Origin: Methanococcus maripaludis
Lineage (GTDB): Archaea > AGJL01 > Methanococci > Methanococcales > Methanococcaceae
Direction: 5' to 3'
Assembly (NCBI RefSeq): GCF_002945325.1
Contig: NZ_CP026606.1
Span: 30,001-62,000 of the forward strand
DNA length: 32,000 bases
The translations under genes were made by a program, and so were the position numbers. The notes under the pieces are model-generated. The model searched no databases, was not told where the DNA came from, and was given only the letters and a program-made list of their open reading frames with translations. Position 1 is the first letter of the stretch. Every line of letters starts with the position of its first letter. Positions 1 to 8,645 of this stretch are shown in pieces.

Positions 1-1
1 T

Positions 2-532
2 TTAACTCATAAAAATTCAGAAGATATTCGTTTAAGGGAATTATCTTCAGAATTTAAAACTTACTTTTTAAATAATGCGAATTTATCAAAAAAAGCAAAA
101 GAAATTATTCAAGAGAATCCTGAAGAAAGTACATGGCTTAGAATCAAAGCATCATTCCTTCCAGAATTTGTAAAAAAAGATGAATCAACTATAATTGAAC
201 CTGCTTCAAGTATTGAAGGCATGATTCATGCATCAATTCTTTCAAATTCCTCAGGAATTGTTACAAGAAGCCCTCAAACTCTAAATAATAAACCTGTAAT
301 GAATGAGGGGCTTGAAAATGAAATTATATACTTAAATAATGATATTTCAAAAGAATTGAAAAAATTAAACCTTCCAAAAACTAAAAAAACCCAGTATGGA
401 TGTCCTGCATACAATATCTTTGCATTTTTAGATACCCGCGATATTTCAGAGGTTGAAATAAACTGCAATGATGAAAATGTTGAAAGTTGTATTTTCAATC
501 TAAAAGAAAACTTAGAATCATTTAAGCCCTAG
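2..532 (+). CDS. C-terminal part of an uncharacterised protein, truncated by the window start
   Basis: The frame of the 221..532 ORF stays open back to base 2 (LTHKNSEDIRLRELSSEFKTYFLNN...), so the ATG at 221 is probably internal. Confidence 0.75.
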   Translation, partial: LTHKNSEDIRLRELSSEFKTYFLNNANLSKKAKEIIQENPEESTWLRIKASFLPEFVKKDESTIIEPASSIEGMIHASILSNSSGIVTRSPQTLNNKPVMNEGLENEIIYLNNDISKELKKLNLPKTKKTQYGCPAYNIFAFLDTRDISEVEINCNDENVESCIFNLKENLESFKP

Positions 533-617
533 ATTGATTTAAAGCCGATATTTAATATTTTATACTATTTTATATATTTTTAAAAACAGAGTATTATTCA
601 GAACAGCAGGTGGTTTG

Positions 618-1520
618 ATGGTATATGATTTAATTATTATTGGAGGCGGTCCGGCGGGACTTACCGCAGGAATATACGCAATGAGGGCTAAATTAAGTAC
701 ATTATGCCTTGAAAAACAAAATGAAGGCGGAAAAATTGCAGAAGCGGGGATCGTTGAAAATTATCCGGGTTTTGAATCGATAAAAGGTTTTGAACTTGCA
801 CAGAAATTTTCAGAACATGCAAAACACTTCGAACTTCCAATAATCCACGAAGAAGTTGAGAAAATAGATACTTCATCAAAACCCTATAAAGTTATTACGA
901 AACATGAAACCTACGAAGCAAAATCAATAGTAATTGCATCGGGAAGTAGGTACAAAAAGCCAGGATTAAATGAAGACGATTTTATGGGAAAAGGAGTCTG
1001 TTATTGTGTAATGTGTGATGCTTTCTTCTTTTTAAACAAAGAAGTAATCGTGCTTGGAAGGGGTACTTCTGCGATAATGGCAGCATATAACTTAAAAGAT
1101 ATTGCCAAAAAAATAACGATAGTTACAGACAGGTCCGAATTAAAGGCAGTCGAAAAGATAATGGAAGACAGGATGAACCTAATGAATAATCTTGAAATAG
1201 TTCTTAATGCAGAACCAATCGAGATTGTTGGAAAAGAAAAAGCAGAAGGTGTTAAAGTTTCAATAGCTGGAGAAGAAAAGATTATTTCTGCTGATGGAAT
1301 ATTTATAAGCTTTGGGTACGTTCCAAATACTGAATTTTTGGATGGAAGCAAAATAAAACTTAATAAAAGAAAATTTATTGAAACGGATGAAAACTGTAAA
1401 ACTAGCGTAGAGGGAATTTATGCTTGTGGTGACGTTACAGGCGGAATTTTGCAGGTTTCAAAGGCAGTTGGTGAAGGAGTTACTGCATTTACCGGCGCAT
1501 TAAGCAGCATTCAAAAATAG
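618..1520 (+). CDS. trxB: Thioredoxin reductase family FAD protein, possibly F420-dependent type
   Basis: N-terminal FAD motif [10 protein letters not shown], redox CVMC motif, ATG-like signature YACGDV at the C-terminal FAD site. RBS-like ggtgg lies upstream. Confidence 0.9.
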   Translation: MVYDLIIIGGGPAGLTAGIYAMRAKLSTLCLEKQNEGGKIAEAGIVENYPGFESIKGFELAQKFSEHAKHFELPIIHEEVEKIDTSSKPYKVITKHETYEAKSIVIASGSRYKKPGLNEDDFMGKGVCYCVMCDAFFFLNKEVIVLGRGTSAIMAAYNLKDIAKKITIVTDRSELKAVEKIMEDRMNLMNNLEIVLNAEPIEIVGKEKAEGVKVSIAGEEKIISADGIFISFGYVPNTEFLDGSKIKLNKRKFIETDENCKTSVEGIYACGDVTGGILQVSKAVGEGVTAFTGALSSIQK

Positions 1521-1536
1521 TAAAGATGTGTTAATT

Positions 1537-1884
1537 ATGAAACATTTCTTAAATTTTTTAGTAGTTATACTTTTAATCGTATCTGCAGGATGTATTTCAA
1601 CCGAAAAAACAGATTTAGATATGAATGGGCAAAACCTGATGATTGAATTTTATTCTACAACTTGTCCCGCGTGCGAAGAACTTTCACCCCATATTGATGA
1701 ACTTGAGGATGAAGGATACAATATATCCAGAATAAATGTAAATGAAAACGGTCAGATGGCTATAAATTATGGTATAAACCTTGTACCAACTGTAGTTTTC
1801 ATTAAAAATGGAGAAGAAGTTGATAGGGTAATTGGAAATCAGCCTGAAGTAATAAAATCGAAAGCAGAAGAATATTTTAAATAA
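1537..1884 (+). CDS. Thioredoxin-like lipoprotein
   Basis: Signal peptide with lipobox-like SAGC, then a thioredoxin fold with FYSTTCPACEEL (CPAC) and cis-Pro region NLVPTVVF. Confidence 0.8.
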   Translation: MKHFLNFLVVILLIVSAGCISTEKTDLDMNGQNLMIEFYSTTCPACEELSPHIDELEDEGYNISRINVNENGQMAINYGINLVPTVVFIKNGEEVDRVIGNQPEVIKSKAEEYFK

Positions 1885-1903
1885 TATTTAAATTTGTGAT
1901 TTT

Positions 1904-2557
1904 ATGGATCTTTTTTTAATCTTTTTGGCAGGAATCTCAACTGCGCTTGGACCTTGCATTGTAACGGTTTTACCATTTGTTTTAGCTTATACTTTTGGAA
2001 TATCTAATTCCCGGTTTGAAGGATTTTTAGTATCATTTAGCTTTATGGTTGGTTTTTCAATTGTTTTCAGCACGCTTGGAGTTTTATCTTCAGCATTTGG
2101 TATTTTTTTAAATTTAACCTTGTTAAAATACGTTGCAGGAACTTTCGCTATAATTTTTGGAATTTTGGTTTTATTCAATAAAAATTTTACATTTAGAAAA
2201 GAAGGTGTTTTCCAGAAATTTTCAAAAAAATTATCGAAAATGAACAATATTTCACTACCTGTTAAGATTTTAAATTCGATAGTTTTGGGGATAGTTTACG
2301 GGTTTGGTGCAAATATATGTGCAGATCCAATATTGGCAGGAATTTTAACATTTGTAGCATCAAAAGCAGATGTTTATTATGGATTTTTTGCACTTTTGAC
2401 GTATTCTTTGGGTTACGGGATTCCAATAATATTTTTGAGTACGCTTGGTGCAGAAAGTAAACAAATAGTTGAAAAAATAGTAAAAAAGAAATTTATAACA
2501 TATATTTCAGGAATTATATTGATAATTTTAGGATTATTTTTAATATTTAGTGTTTAA
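1904..2557 (+). CDS. ccdA: Cytochrome c biogenesis protein CcdA-like thiol/disulfide transmembrane protein
   Basis: Polytopic membrane protein with GPCIVTVLPF and GANICADP half-motifs (one Cys in each half). Sits directly after the thioredoxin-like gene. Confidence 0.8.
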   Translation: MDLFLIFLAGISTALGPCIVTVLPFVLAYTFGISNSRFEGFLVSFSFMVGFSIVFSTLGVLSSAFGIFLNLTLLKYVAGTFAIIFGILVLFNKNFTFRKEGVFQKFSKKLSKMNNISLPVKILNSIVLGIVYGFGANICADPILAGILTFVASKADVYYGFFALLTYSLGYGIPIIFLSTLGAESKQIVEKIVKKKFITYISGIILIILGLFLIFSV

Positions 2558-2558
2558 T

Positions 2559-5030
2559 TTATTTTTCTGCTGTCTTCTTTGCAGTTGCTTTTTTAGTTGT
2601 GGTTTTTTTCGTAGCCGTCTTTTTGGCGGTAGTTTTAGTGGTCTTTGTTGCGGTCTTTTTTGGAGCTGTTTTTTTAGCAGTTTTTGGTTTTGCTTCTTTC
2701 TTTGTTTCTGCCTTAGTTTCTCCCGGCGTATCTTCTTTTTTCTTGTCTATCTTTTCAGTATGCCTACATTTTGGGTAGTTACTGCATCCAATAAACTCTC
2801 CAAATCGTCCTTTTCTTTTATAGAGGTCGCTTCCACATTTTGGGCATTTTCCAACGATTTCCTTTTCATTGGATTCCCCGTTTAATTTTTCAGTATATTT
2901 ACATTTCGGGTAGTTTTCACAGCCTCTGAAAACTCCATAAGGTCCTTTTTTAATCAAAAGCTTATTGCCGCATTTTGGACAAATTTTTTCTTCCTTTTCA
3001 GCTTTTTCAATTTCTTTTTTATCTTCTTCTGAAATTCTTGTACTGCAGTCGGGATTTACACAAATTTTTATTCTATCAAGCCCGATTACTGGATTTTGGC
3101 ATTTTTCACAGACTTCGTTTAATACTTTGATTCTTCCCTTCTGCGGGAGCGGGAATGTAACTTCACAGTCAGGATAGTTACTGCATCCAACAAATCTTTT
3201 TTTGCCCTTTGTACGGATGATAATCATGTCTCCGCCACATTTACATTTTCCAATTATTTGTAAAGACCTATTTGTCGAATCAAGTTTGTCAACAAGTTCA
3301 GTTCCGATTTCCTTTTCTTTTAAGCGGAACTCTCCAAGGATTTTTGTAAGTTTGTCTTTAGTTTCCTGTATAACTTCTTCCTTTTTGATTTTTTTGTCCT
3401 GAATAAGCTCTAATTTATCTTCAAGGTCTCTTGTAAGGGTTTCTTCAACAATTTCTGGACAGTATTTTCTTAAAGTTTCGGTAACTCCAATTCCAAGATC
3501 CGTAACCGTTAAAGAACCATCTTCAATTACATAACCTCGTTTGGTTAGTTTTTCGAGGATATCTGCTCTTGTAGCTTTTGTTCCGAGTTTTCTTTTTTCA
3601 AGTTCCTTAATAATCGAAGCCATTGTGTATCTTTTTGGAGGCTTCGTCTCTTTTGCTTCGAAATTTATGTTATTTACATTTATTACGTCATTTTTCTTTA
3701 ATTCTGGGAGTTCTATTTCATCGAATTTAGTATAGTAATATATTTCATGCCATCCTTCTTCAACGGTTCTTGAACCGCTTAATTTAAATGTTTCGCCGTT
3801 AATATCGAGATTGATTTTTGAATATTCCCTTTTAGCGTTATCCCAGTAAAGTGCAATTGTTCTTCTTGCAATAAGTTCGTATAACTTTAATTCATCATCG
3901 GGCAGTTTTTCCTTTGGAACATCTACTGCGTGTACCGCAGGGTGTGCAGGGTCGTCCTTTTTACCTGAAATCGGTTTTCTATTTTCATTTAAAATTGTTT
4001 CAATGTATGGTTTATAATTTTTATTTTTTGAAAGGTTTTTCAAGACTTCGTCCATGTATGCCTTGTCGTCTGGAAGTTTTTGTGAACTTGTTCTTGGATA
4101 TGAACAGTATCCTTTTTCATAAAGTTTTTGTGCAACTTCTTGCGTTTTTTTAGGGGAAAACCTAAACATGTTGTGGGCTTCCCTTTGCAGTGCACCTAAA
4201 TCGAAAGGCGGATTTGGAGGGATGGTTTTCATGCTTTTTTTAACGTCTGAAACTGTTGCCTGTTTTTGACCTTTTACCTTTTCATAGGCTTTATTTGCCT
4301 GTTCTTCATCCCAGAATTTTTCAAGCTCGTGAACTGCAATTAAGTCATTATCTAAAAGAGCTTCAAGCACCCAATATGGGGTTGGAACAAAATTTCTAAT
4401 TTCTAATTCTTTATCTACTAAAAAAGCAAGTGCTGGACCCTGAACCCTACCTGTACTGAGGGTTTTCCATCGTTTAACTGAACTTACTGCCTGCATAAGT
4501 GCTCTTGAAACATTTATACCAAAATACCAGTCGATTTTGTGTCTGCTGTCTCCTGCATCAACGAGTCCAAAATCTATTTCATTTGGATTTTCATAAGCTT
4601 TCAGGATTTCTTTTTTAGTTAAACTTGAAAATCTTAATCTGTGAGCGTTTTTCTGGCCGCATGAAAAATTCAGTGCATGGTAACCAATTAACTCCCCTTC
4701 AATATCCCAATCCGTTGCAACATAAAATTTGTTTGCGTCTTTTGAAACTTTTTTCAGTGCATCAATATATTTTTGAATGTATTTTTTTTCATCAAGCGTT
4801 GATGCTGGAACCCAATTTATATCGTAAACCGGGTAATCTCCAAATTTAGTTTTGGTTTTTTCTTGGAGCGTGTATAAGTGACCTACTGCTGAAGCTACCA
4901 CTATACTTTCTCCATTTCTTTCTAATTCGTAATAAGGCACTGAATTGTGGGATTTTTTCTTTGGTTTTCCAAGGGCTTCTGCAATTTTTTTAGCAACGTT
5001 TGGTTTCTCACAGATTATTAGTCCAGTCAT
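2559..5030 (-). CDS. topA: DNA topoisomerase I (type IA, archaeal), with C-terminal Zn fingers and a Lys/Thr/Ala-rich tail
   Basis: TOPRIM start LIICEKPNVAKKIAEALG, catalytic region LSTGRVQGPAL, TSSQKLP, several CxxC...CxxC Zn fingers, basic repeat tail. Confidence 0.95.
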   Translation of the reverse strand: MTGLIICEKPNVAKKIAEALGKPKKKSHNSVPYYELERNGESIVVASAVGHLYTLQEKTKTKFGDYPVYDINWVPASTLDEKKYIQKYIDALKKVSKDANKFYVATDWDIEGELIGYHALNFSCGQKNAHRLRFSSLTKKEILKAYENPNEIDFGLVDAGDSRHKIDWYFGINVSRALMQAVSSVKRWKTLSTGRVQGPALAFLVDKELEIRNFVPTPYWVLEALLDNDLIAVHELEKFWDEEQANKAYEKVKGQKQATVSDVKKSMKTIPPNPPFDLGALQREAHNMFRFSPKKTQEVAQKLYEKGYCSYPRTSSQKLPDDKAYMDEVLKNLSKNKNYKPYIETILNENRKPISGKKDDPAHPAVHAVDVPKEKLPDDELKLYELIARRTIALYWDNAKREYSKINLDINGETFKLSGSRTVEEGWHEIYYYTKFDEIELPELKKNDVINVNNINFEAKETKPPKRYTMASIIKELEKRKLGTKATRADILEKLTKRGYVIEDGSLTVTDLGIGVTETLRKYCPEIVEETLTRDLEDKLELIQDKKIKKEEVIQETKDKLTKILGEFRLKEKEIGTELVDKLDSTNRSLQIIGKCKCGGDMIIIRTKGKKRFVGCSNYPDCEVTFPLPQKGRIKVLNEVCEKCQNPVIGLDRIKICVNPDCSTRISEEDKKEIEKAEKEEKICPKCGNKLLIKKGPYGVFRGCENYPKCKYTEKLNGESNEKEIVGKCPKCGSDLYKRKGRFGEFIGCSNYPKCRHTEKIDKKKEDTPGETKAETKKEAKPKTAKKTAPKKTATKTTKTTAKKTATKKTTTKKATAKKTAEK

Positions 5031-5076
5031 TTTTTTCACGTTTTAAATTAATAATAAAATAATTGAAAAAAGCAGT

Positions 5077-5943
5077 TTAAATAATTTCTTTTAATAATAA
5101 TGGAATATCCGAAATTCTTTTTGCAACATGTGCGCCTGCATTTTCAAGAGCTTGCATTTTGCTTTTTGCAGTTCCGACTCCTTTTTCGATAATTGCACCA
5201 GCGTGACCCATTCTTTTTCCTTCGGGTGCAGACTGTCCTGCAATGTATGAAATAACGGGTTTTTTCATTTTTGAAATCATTTTTTCAGCTGCATCTTCTT
5301 CAGCGTTTCCACCGATTTCTCCAACCATTACAACTGCGTCAGTTTCAGGGTCGTTTTCAAACATTTCTAAAACTTCAATATATCTTAAACCAGTTATCGG
5401 GTCTCCACCAATTCCAACACAGGATGATTGGCCGTAATTTGATAAAGTAAGCTGGCTTGCAATTTCATAAGTTAATGTACCACTTCTTGATACCATTCCA
5501 ATGTTTCCTTCTTTTAATATGCTCATCGGGATGATTCCAAGTTTTCCTACCTTTGGAGATGCTAAACCCGGAGTATTTGGTCCGATTATATTTACGCCGT
5601 GTTTTTTCCCATATGCTACGATATCCATCGAATCTTGAATTGGAATGTGCTCAGTAATAATTGTAACAAGCTCAACTCCTGCATCAATAGCTTCGTATGC
5701 AGCATCTTTTACAAATGGCGCAGGTATAAATATTAAAGATGCATTCGCGTCGTATTTTTCAACAGTTTCTAAAACTGTATCATAAACAGGGACTCCGTAA
5801 ACATCCTGACCGCCTTTTCCCGGCGTTACTCCTGCCAATATATTTGTTTTGCATTCAAGCATGTTTTTCGTGTGGAATCTACCCTGATTTCCCGTGATCC
5901 CTTGAACAATTGCCCGTGTATTTTCATCTAAAAGAATCAACAT
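5077..5943 (-). CDS. sucD: Succinyl-CoA synthetase (ADP-forming) subunit alpha
   Basis: Signatures [33 protein letters not shown] and phospho-His region GHAGAI. Confidence 0.95.
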   Translation of the reverse strand: MLILLDENTRAIVQGITGNQGRFHTKNMLECKTNILAGVTPGKGGQDVYGVPVYDTVLETVEKYDANASLIFIPAPFVKDAAYEAIDAGVELVTIITEHIPIQDSMDIVAYGKKHGVNIIGPNTPGLASPKVGKLGIIPMSILKEGNIGMVSRSGTLTYEIASQLTLSNYGQSSCVGIGGDPITGLRYIEVLEMFENDPETDAVVMVGEIGGNAEEDAAEKMISKMKKPVISYIAGQSAPEGKRMGHAGAIIEKGVGTAKSKMQALENAGAHVAKRISDIPLLLKEII

Positions 5944-6426
5944 TTCACCTCACTACTAAAAAGAGTGAATAATCAATGAATATCAAAAATCCGTAATATC
6001 CAGATATTATCCTATAATATATAAAGATTCATCTTATGGAATAATATTTGAAAAAAAGGTTCAAAATTAAAAATCCAGTCTAAAAAATAAAATTATGGGG
6101 TTATTTAAAAATTTTAGTAAAATTATGAATTATACCCAAATAGGTGTTCAGGGGTTAAAAAAGCAATTTCAGATATGAAATTTAAATGTTTTCAAATATA
6201 ACTCATGATTCTAAGTATACACACTTAAGGTCGAAAAACCAGTATTTTTAAATAATCGGATTTCTGACCTAATTATATACTAATTTATTATAGTATAAAT
6301 AATTAGTTCCCATAAGAATATGATCTAAAATTAATATATAAACTAATCAATAAATTTTTTCGTATAATACGATTTATTTCGCTTTTATAACATAATTAAT
6401 ATAAAAATTAGATATAAATATCTAAA

Positions 6427-6462
6427 ATACTAAGTATAACATCTATTAAAAGTACTAAGTAT
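6427..6462. promoter_or_regulatory. Repeated dyad-like element ATACTAAGTAT / GTACTAAGTAT upstream of the 6501 ORF
   Basis: ATAC-TAA-GTAT at 6427-6437 and TACTAAGTAT at 6453-6462. The core CTAAGTAT also occurs at 6211-6218. Confidence 0.3.
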
Positions 6463-6500
6463 GTTGGATTATTTGGAAATTTAAATACGAGGAAAGAAGC

Positions 6501-6974
6501 ATGGAAGATCAAAAGGCAGTATTTGAGGAATGTTATTCAACTGCAAAAAATATTTCATCACCCCTATTGAAGTATTTTGTAAAATATAATGAATTTGAAA
6601 AAAAAGGATACAACATTGATCCTTACACTTATACAAAACTCACGATACACAGCATGCTGGTCTTTAGGCTTATAGAAAAAGAAATAGAATCGATGGATTT
6701 AAGTTACGAAGAAAAAAACACGGTAGATGTTTTAAAACGATATAAAAATAGGGATATTTCGGATCTATCGCCTAAAAATTATTTAAAATTTTCAGTATGG
6801 ATAAATAATGAAGGAAATCTTAGATACCGGCTAAGTGACGTTAGGCAGGATTTAAAAGAAGAAAGCATGTGGACAATGGTTACTGCTTACCTAGTTCCGC
6901 ATACAAATATACTTAAAACGAGCAATGGGATCTTTTTAAAGGCTGCAATGAAATACGATTTAATTGAATTGTAA
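6501..6974 (+). CDS. Hypothetical protein (157 aa), probably lineage-restricted
   Basis: Complete ORF with clean start context, preceded by about 550 bp of AT-rich non-coding DNA. No family recognised. Confidence 0.7.
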   Translation: MEDQKAVFEECYSTAKNISSPLLKYFVKYNEFEKKGYNIDPYTYTKLTIHSMLVFRLIEKEIESMDLSYEEKNTVDVLKRYKNRDISDLSPKNYLKFSVWINNEGNLRYRLSDVRQDLKEESMWTMVTAYLVPHTNILKTSNGIFLKAAMKYDLIEL

Positions 6975-7102
6975 TTTTTCTTTTTTTCATTTTGAATTTT
7001 TTAAATCAAGATTAATTATATAAATGTTCAGAGTATATTCCATGTTAATAGTATTTGGGTAACAATGGTAGCAAGTATTGGGTTTTTTATTGTCCTAATA
7101 AC

Positions 7103-7187
7103 GTTGTATGATGACAGTTACCCCCGCTGACTAAATTCGTGATTTTCATGATTTTGGGATGAAGACATCAGCACTATCTGACACAGC
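7103..7187 (+). ncRNA. Candidate C/D box guide sRNA (2'-O-methylation guide)
   Basis: C box ATGATGA 7108-7114, 12-nt guide 7115-7126, D' CTGA 7127-7130, C' ATGAAGA 7159-7165, 12-nt guide 7166-7177, D CTGA 7178-7181. Terminal stem GTTGT (7103-7107) pairs with ACAGC (7183-7187). The D' guide complements archaeal 23S H69 CGGGGGUAACU (sequence from memory). Confidence 0.6.
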
Positions 7188-7262
7188 TACCATTTATTAA
7201 TATATTGTTAACTAAACTGTTTTTAAAAATTATAATTGTATTTTAACTGATTCTGTGATAAA

Positions 7263-8015
7263 ATGTTATATGTTGTTGGTATCGGTCCTGGAAATGAGGA
7301 TTATTTTACAAAAGAAGCCGAAAATGCGCTAAATTCTACTGATTTAATTGTATGCTACACAGGATACAAAAAATATGTTGAAAGATTTGATAAAGAAATC
7401 TACGTAAGCGGTATGACTAAAGAATTAGAAAGGGTTGAATATGCCCTTAATGAAGCTGAAAATAAAGATGTGGCACTTGTTTCAAACGGGGACGCCACAA
7501 TATATGGTCTTGCATCTCTTGCATATGAATTAAATGAAAAGAATTTACACAACGTTACAATAAAGGTTTTAAGTGGACTAACCTCCGCAAGTGTCTGTTC
7601 ATCCATACTTGGTGCACCGTTAAACCACGATTTTGCGGTTGTTAGTTTGAGCAACCTTTTAACACCTTTAGAAACTATTTTAAAAAGAATAAATTGCGCA
7701 GTAGAAAGCGACATGGTTCTTGCAATTTATAATCCATTGGGTAAAAAAAGAAAAGAACCGTTTTTGAAAACTGTTGAAATAATCTCGAACTATTCTAAAG
7801 ACCGAAATATCGACTATATTGTTGGAATTGTTAAAAATGCCGGAAGAAACGATTCTGAATATAAAATAACTACGATAAACAATCTGGTTAATAATTTAGA
7901 TGAATTTATGCAGTATATCGATATGAGTACAACTCTCGTTATTGGAAACAGCAATACAAAAATTATCGACGGTATGATGATTACTCCACGAGGGTATATG
8001 TCAAAATATGAGTAA
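7263..8015 (+). CDS. cbiH: Precorrin-3B / cobalt-factor III C17-methyltransferase
   Basis: SAM-dependent tetrapyrrole methylase signatures LYVVGIGPGNEDYFT, SNGDATIYG, YNPLGKKR. Confidence 0.9.
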   Translation: MLYVVGIGPGNEDYFTKEAENALNSTDLIVCYTGYKKYVERFDKEIYVSGMTKELERVEYALNEAENKDVALVSNGDATIYGLASLAYELNEKNLHNVTIKVLSGLTSASVCSSILGAPLNHDFAVVSLSNLLTPLETILKRINCAVESDMVLAIYNPLGKKRKEPFLKTVEIISNYSKDRNIDYIVGIVKNAGRNDSEYKITTINNLVNNLDEFMQYIDMSTTLVIGNSNTKIIDGMMITPRGYMSKYE

Positions 8016-8093
8016 ATTTGAACTAAAATGCTAAAAAATTATATATATAATAAAAATATATTATTCGAAAGCCTTTTTTCAGGACTAACTAGC

Positions 8094-8124
8094 TTATATA
8101 GCATTTGAGATAATTGCTATATAA
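8094..8124. promoter_or_regulatory. Perfect inverted repeat TTATATAGCA-(11 nt)-TGCTATATAA upstream of the eIF5A gene
   Basis: 10-bp arms 8094-8103 and 8115-8124, loop tttgagataat. It overlaps a TATA-like sequence about 35-65 bp before the start codon. Confidence 0.45.
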
Positions 8125-8157
8125 TTTCAAACACTACAAGCTTAAAATGGTGATATT

Positions 8158-8553
8158 ATGGCAGGAACAAAACCTTCCGAATTGGGAGCTCTTAAAGTAG
8201 GACAGTACGTTGTTATTGACGGTATTGCATGCAGAGTTATGGACACAGCACACTCAAAACCTGGAAAACACGGTGGTGCAAAAGTAAGATTAACTGCAAT
8301 GGGTATCTTTGAACCAGTTAAAAAAGAACACGTAGGACCAGCAAGCTCAAGAATCGATGTACCACTCATCGACAAAAGAAAAGGACAAGTTTTAGCTCTT
8401 ATGGGCGACCACGTTCAAATCATGGACTTGGAAACCTACGAAACATTAGAATTACCAATGCCTACTGATGTTGAAGGTATCGACAGCGGTGTAGAAGTAG
8501 AATACTTTGAAGCAATGGACAGATACAAAATCACAAGAGTTATCAGCAAATAA
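8158..8553 (+). CDS. eif5a: Translation initiation factor 5A (aIF5A, hypusine-containing)
   Basis: Hypusine loop SKPGKHGGAK and family-typical C-terminal domain. RBS ggtgat upstream. Confidence 0.95.
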   Translation: MAGTKPSELGALKVGQYVVIDGIACRVMDTAHSKPGKHGGAKVRLTAMGIFEPVKKEHVGPASSRIDVPLIDKRKGQVLALMGDHVQIMDLETYETLELPMPTDVEGIDSGVEVEYFEAMDRYKITRVISK

Positions 8554-8645
8554 TTTGTCTGATTATAACTTTTTTTAAATATTAATGCTTTTTTAAAACA
8601 GTTATTTTTAAAATTAAAAATTAAAAGATTATTTAAAATTTCAAT

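Noticed and set aside
2550-2885. 111-aa Cys/Phe-rich ORF (MFNLFFCCLLCSCFFSCGFF...)
   Set aside because: This is the antisense/shadow reading of the repetitive Lys-rich topoisomerase tail; the codon pattern AAA/AAG-GCA is read backwards.
5944-6500. Possible CRISPR, tRNA or mobile element in the long intergenic region
   Set aside because: No regular long repeats with spacers, no cloverleaf, no transposase or terminal repeats seen. Apart from the short CTAAGTAT motifs it is AT-rich filler.
7065-7130. Small ORF MVASIGFFIVLITLYDDSYPR overlapping the start of the sRNA candidate
   Set aside because: Only 21 codons, with no GGTGAT-type RBS upstream. The C/D box layout and rRNA complementarity explain the 3' part of this stretch better. 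It is kept as a possible alternative to the sRNA call.
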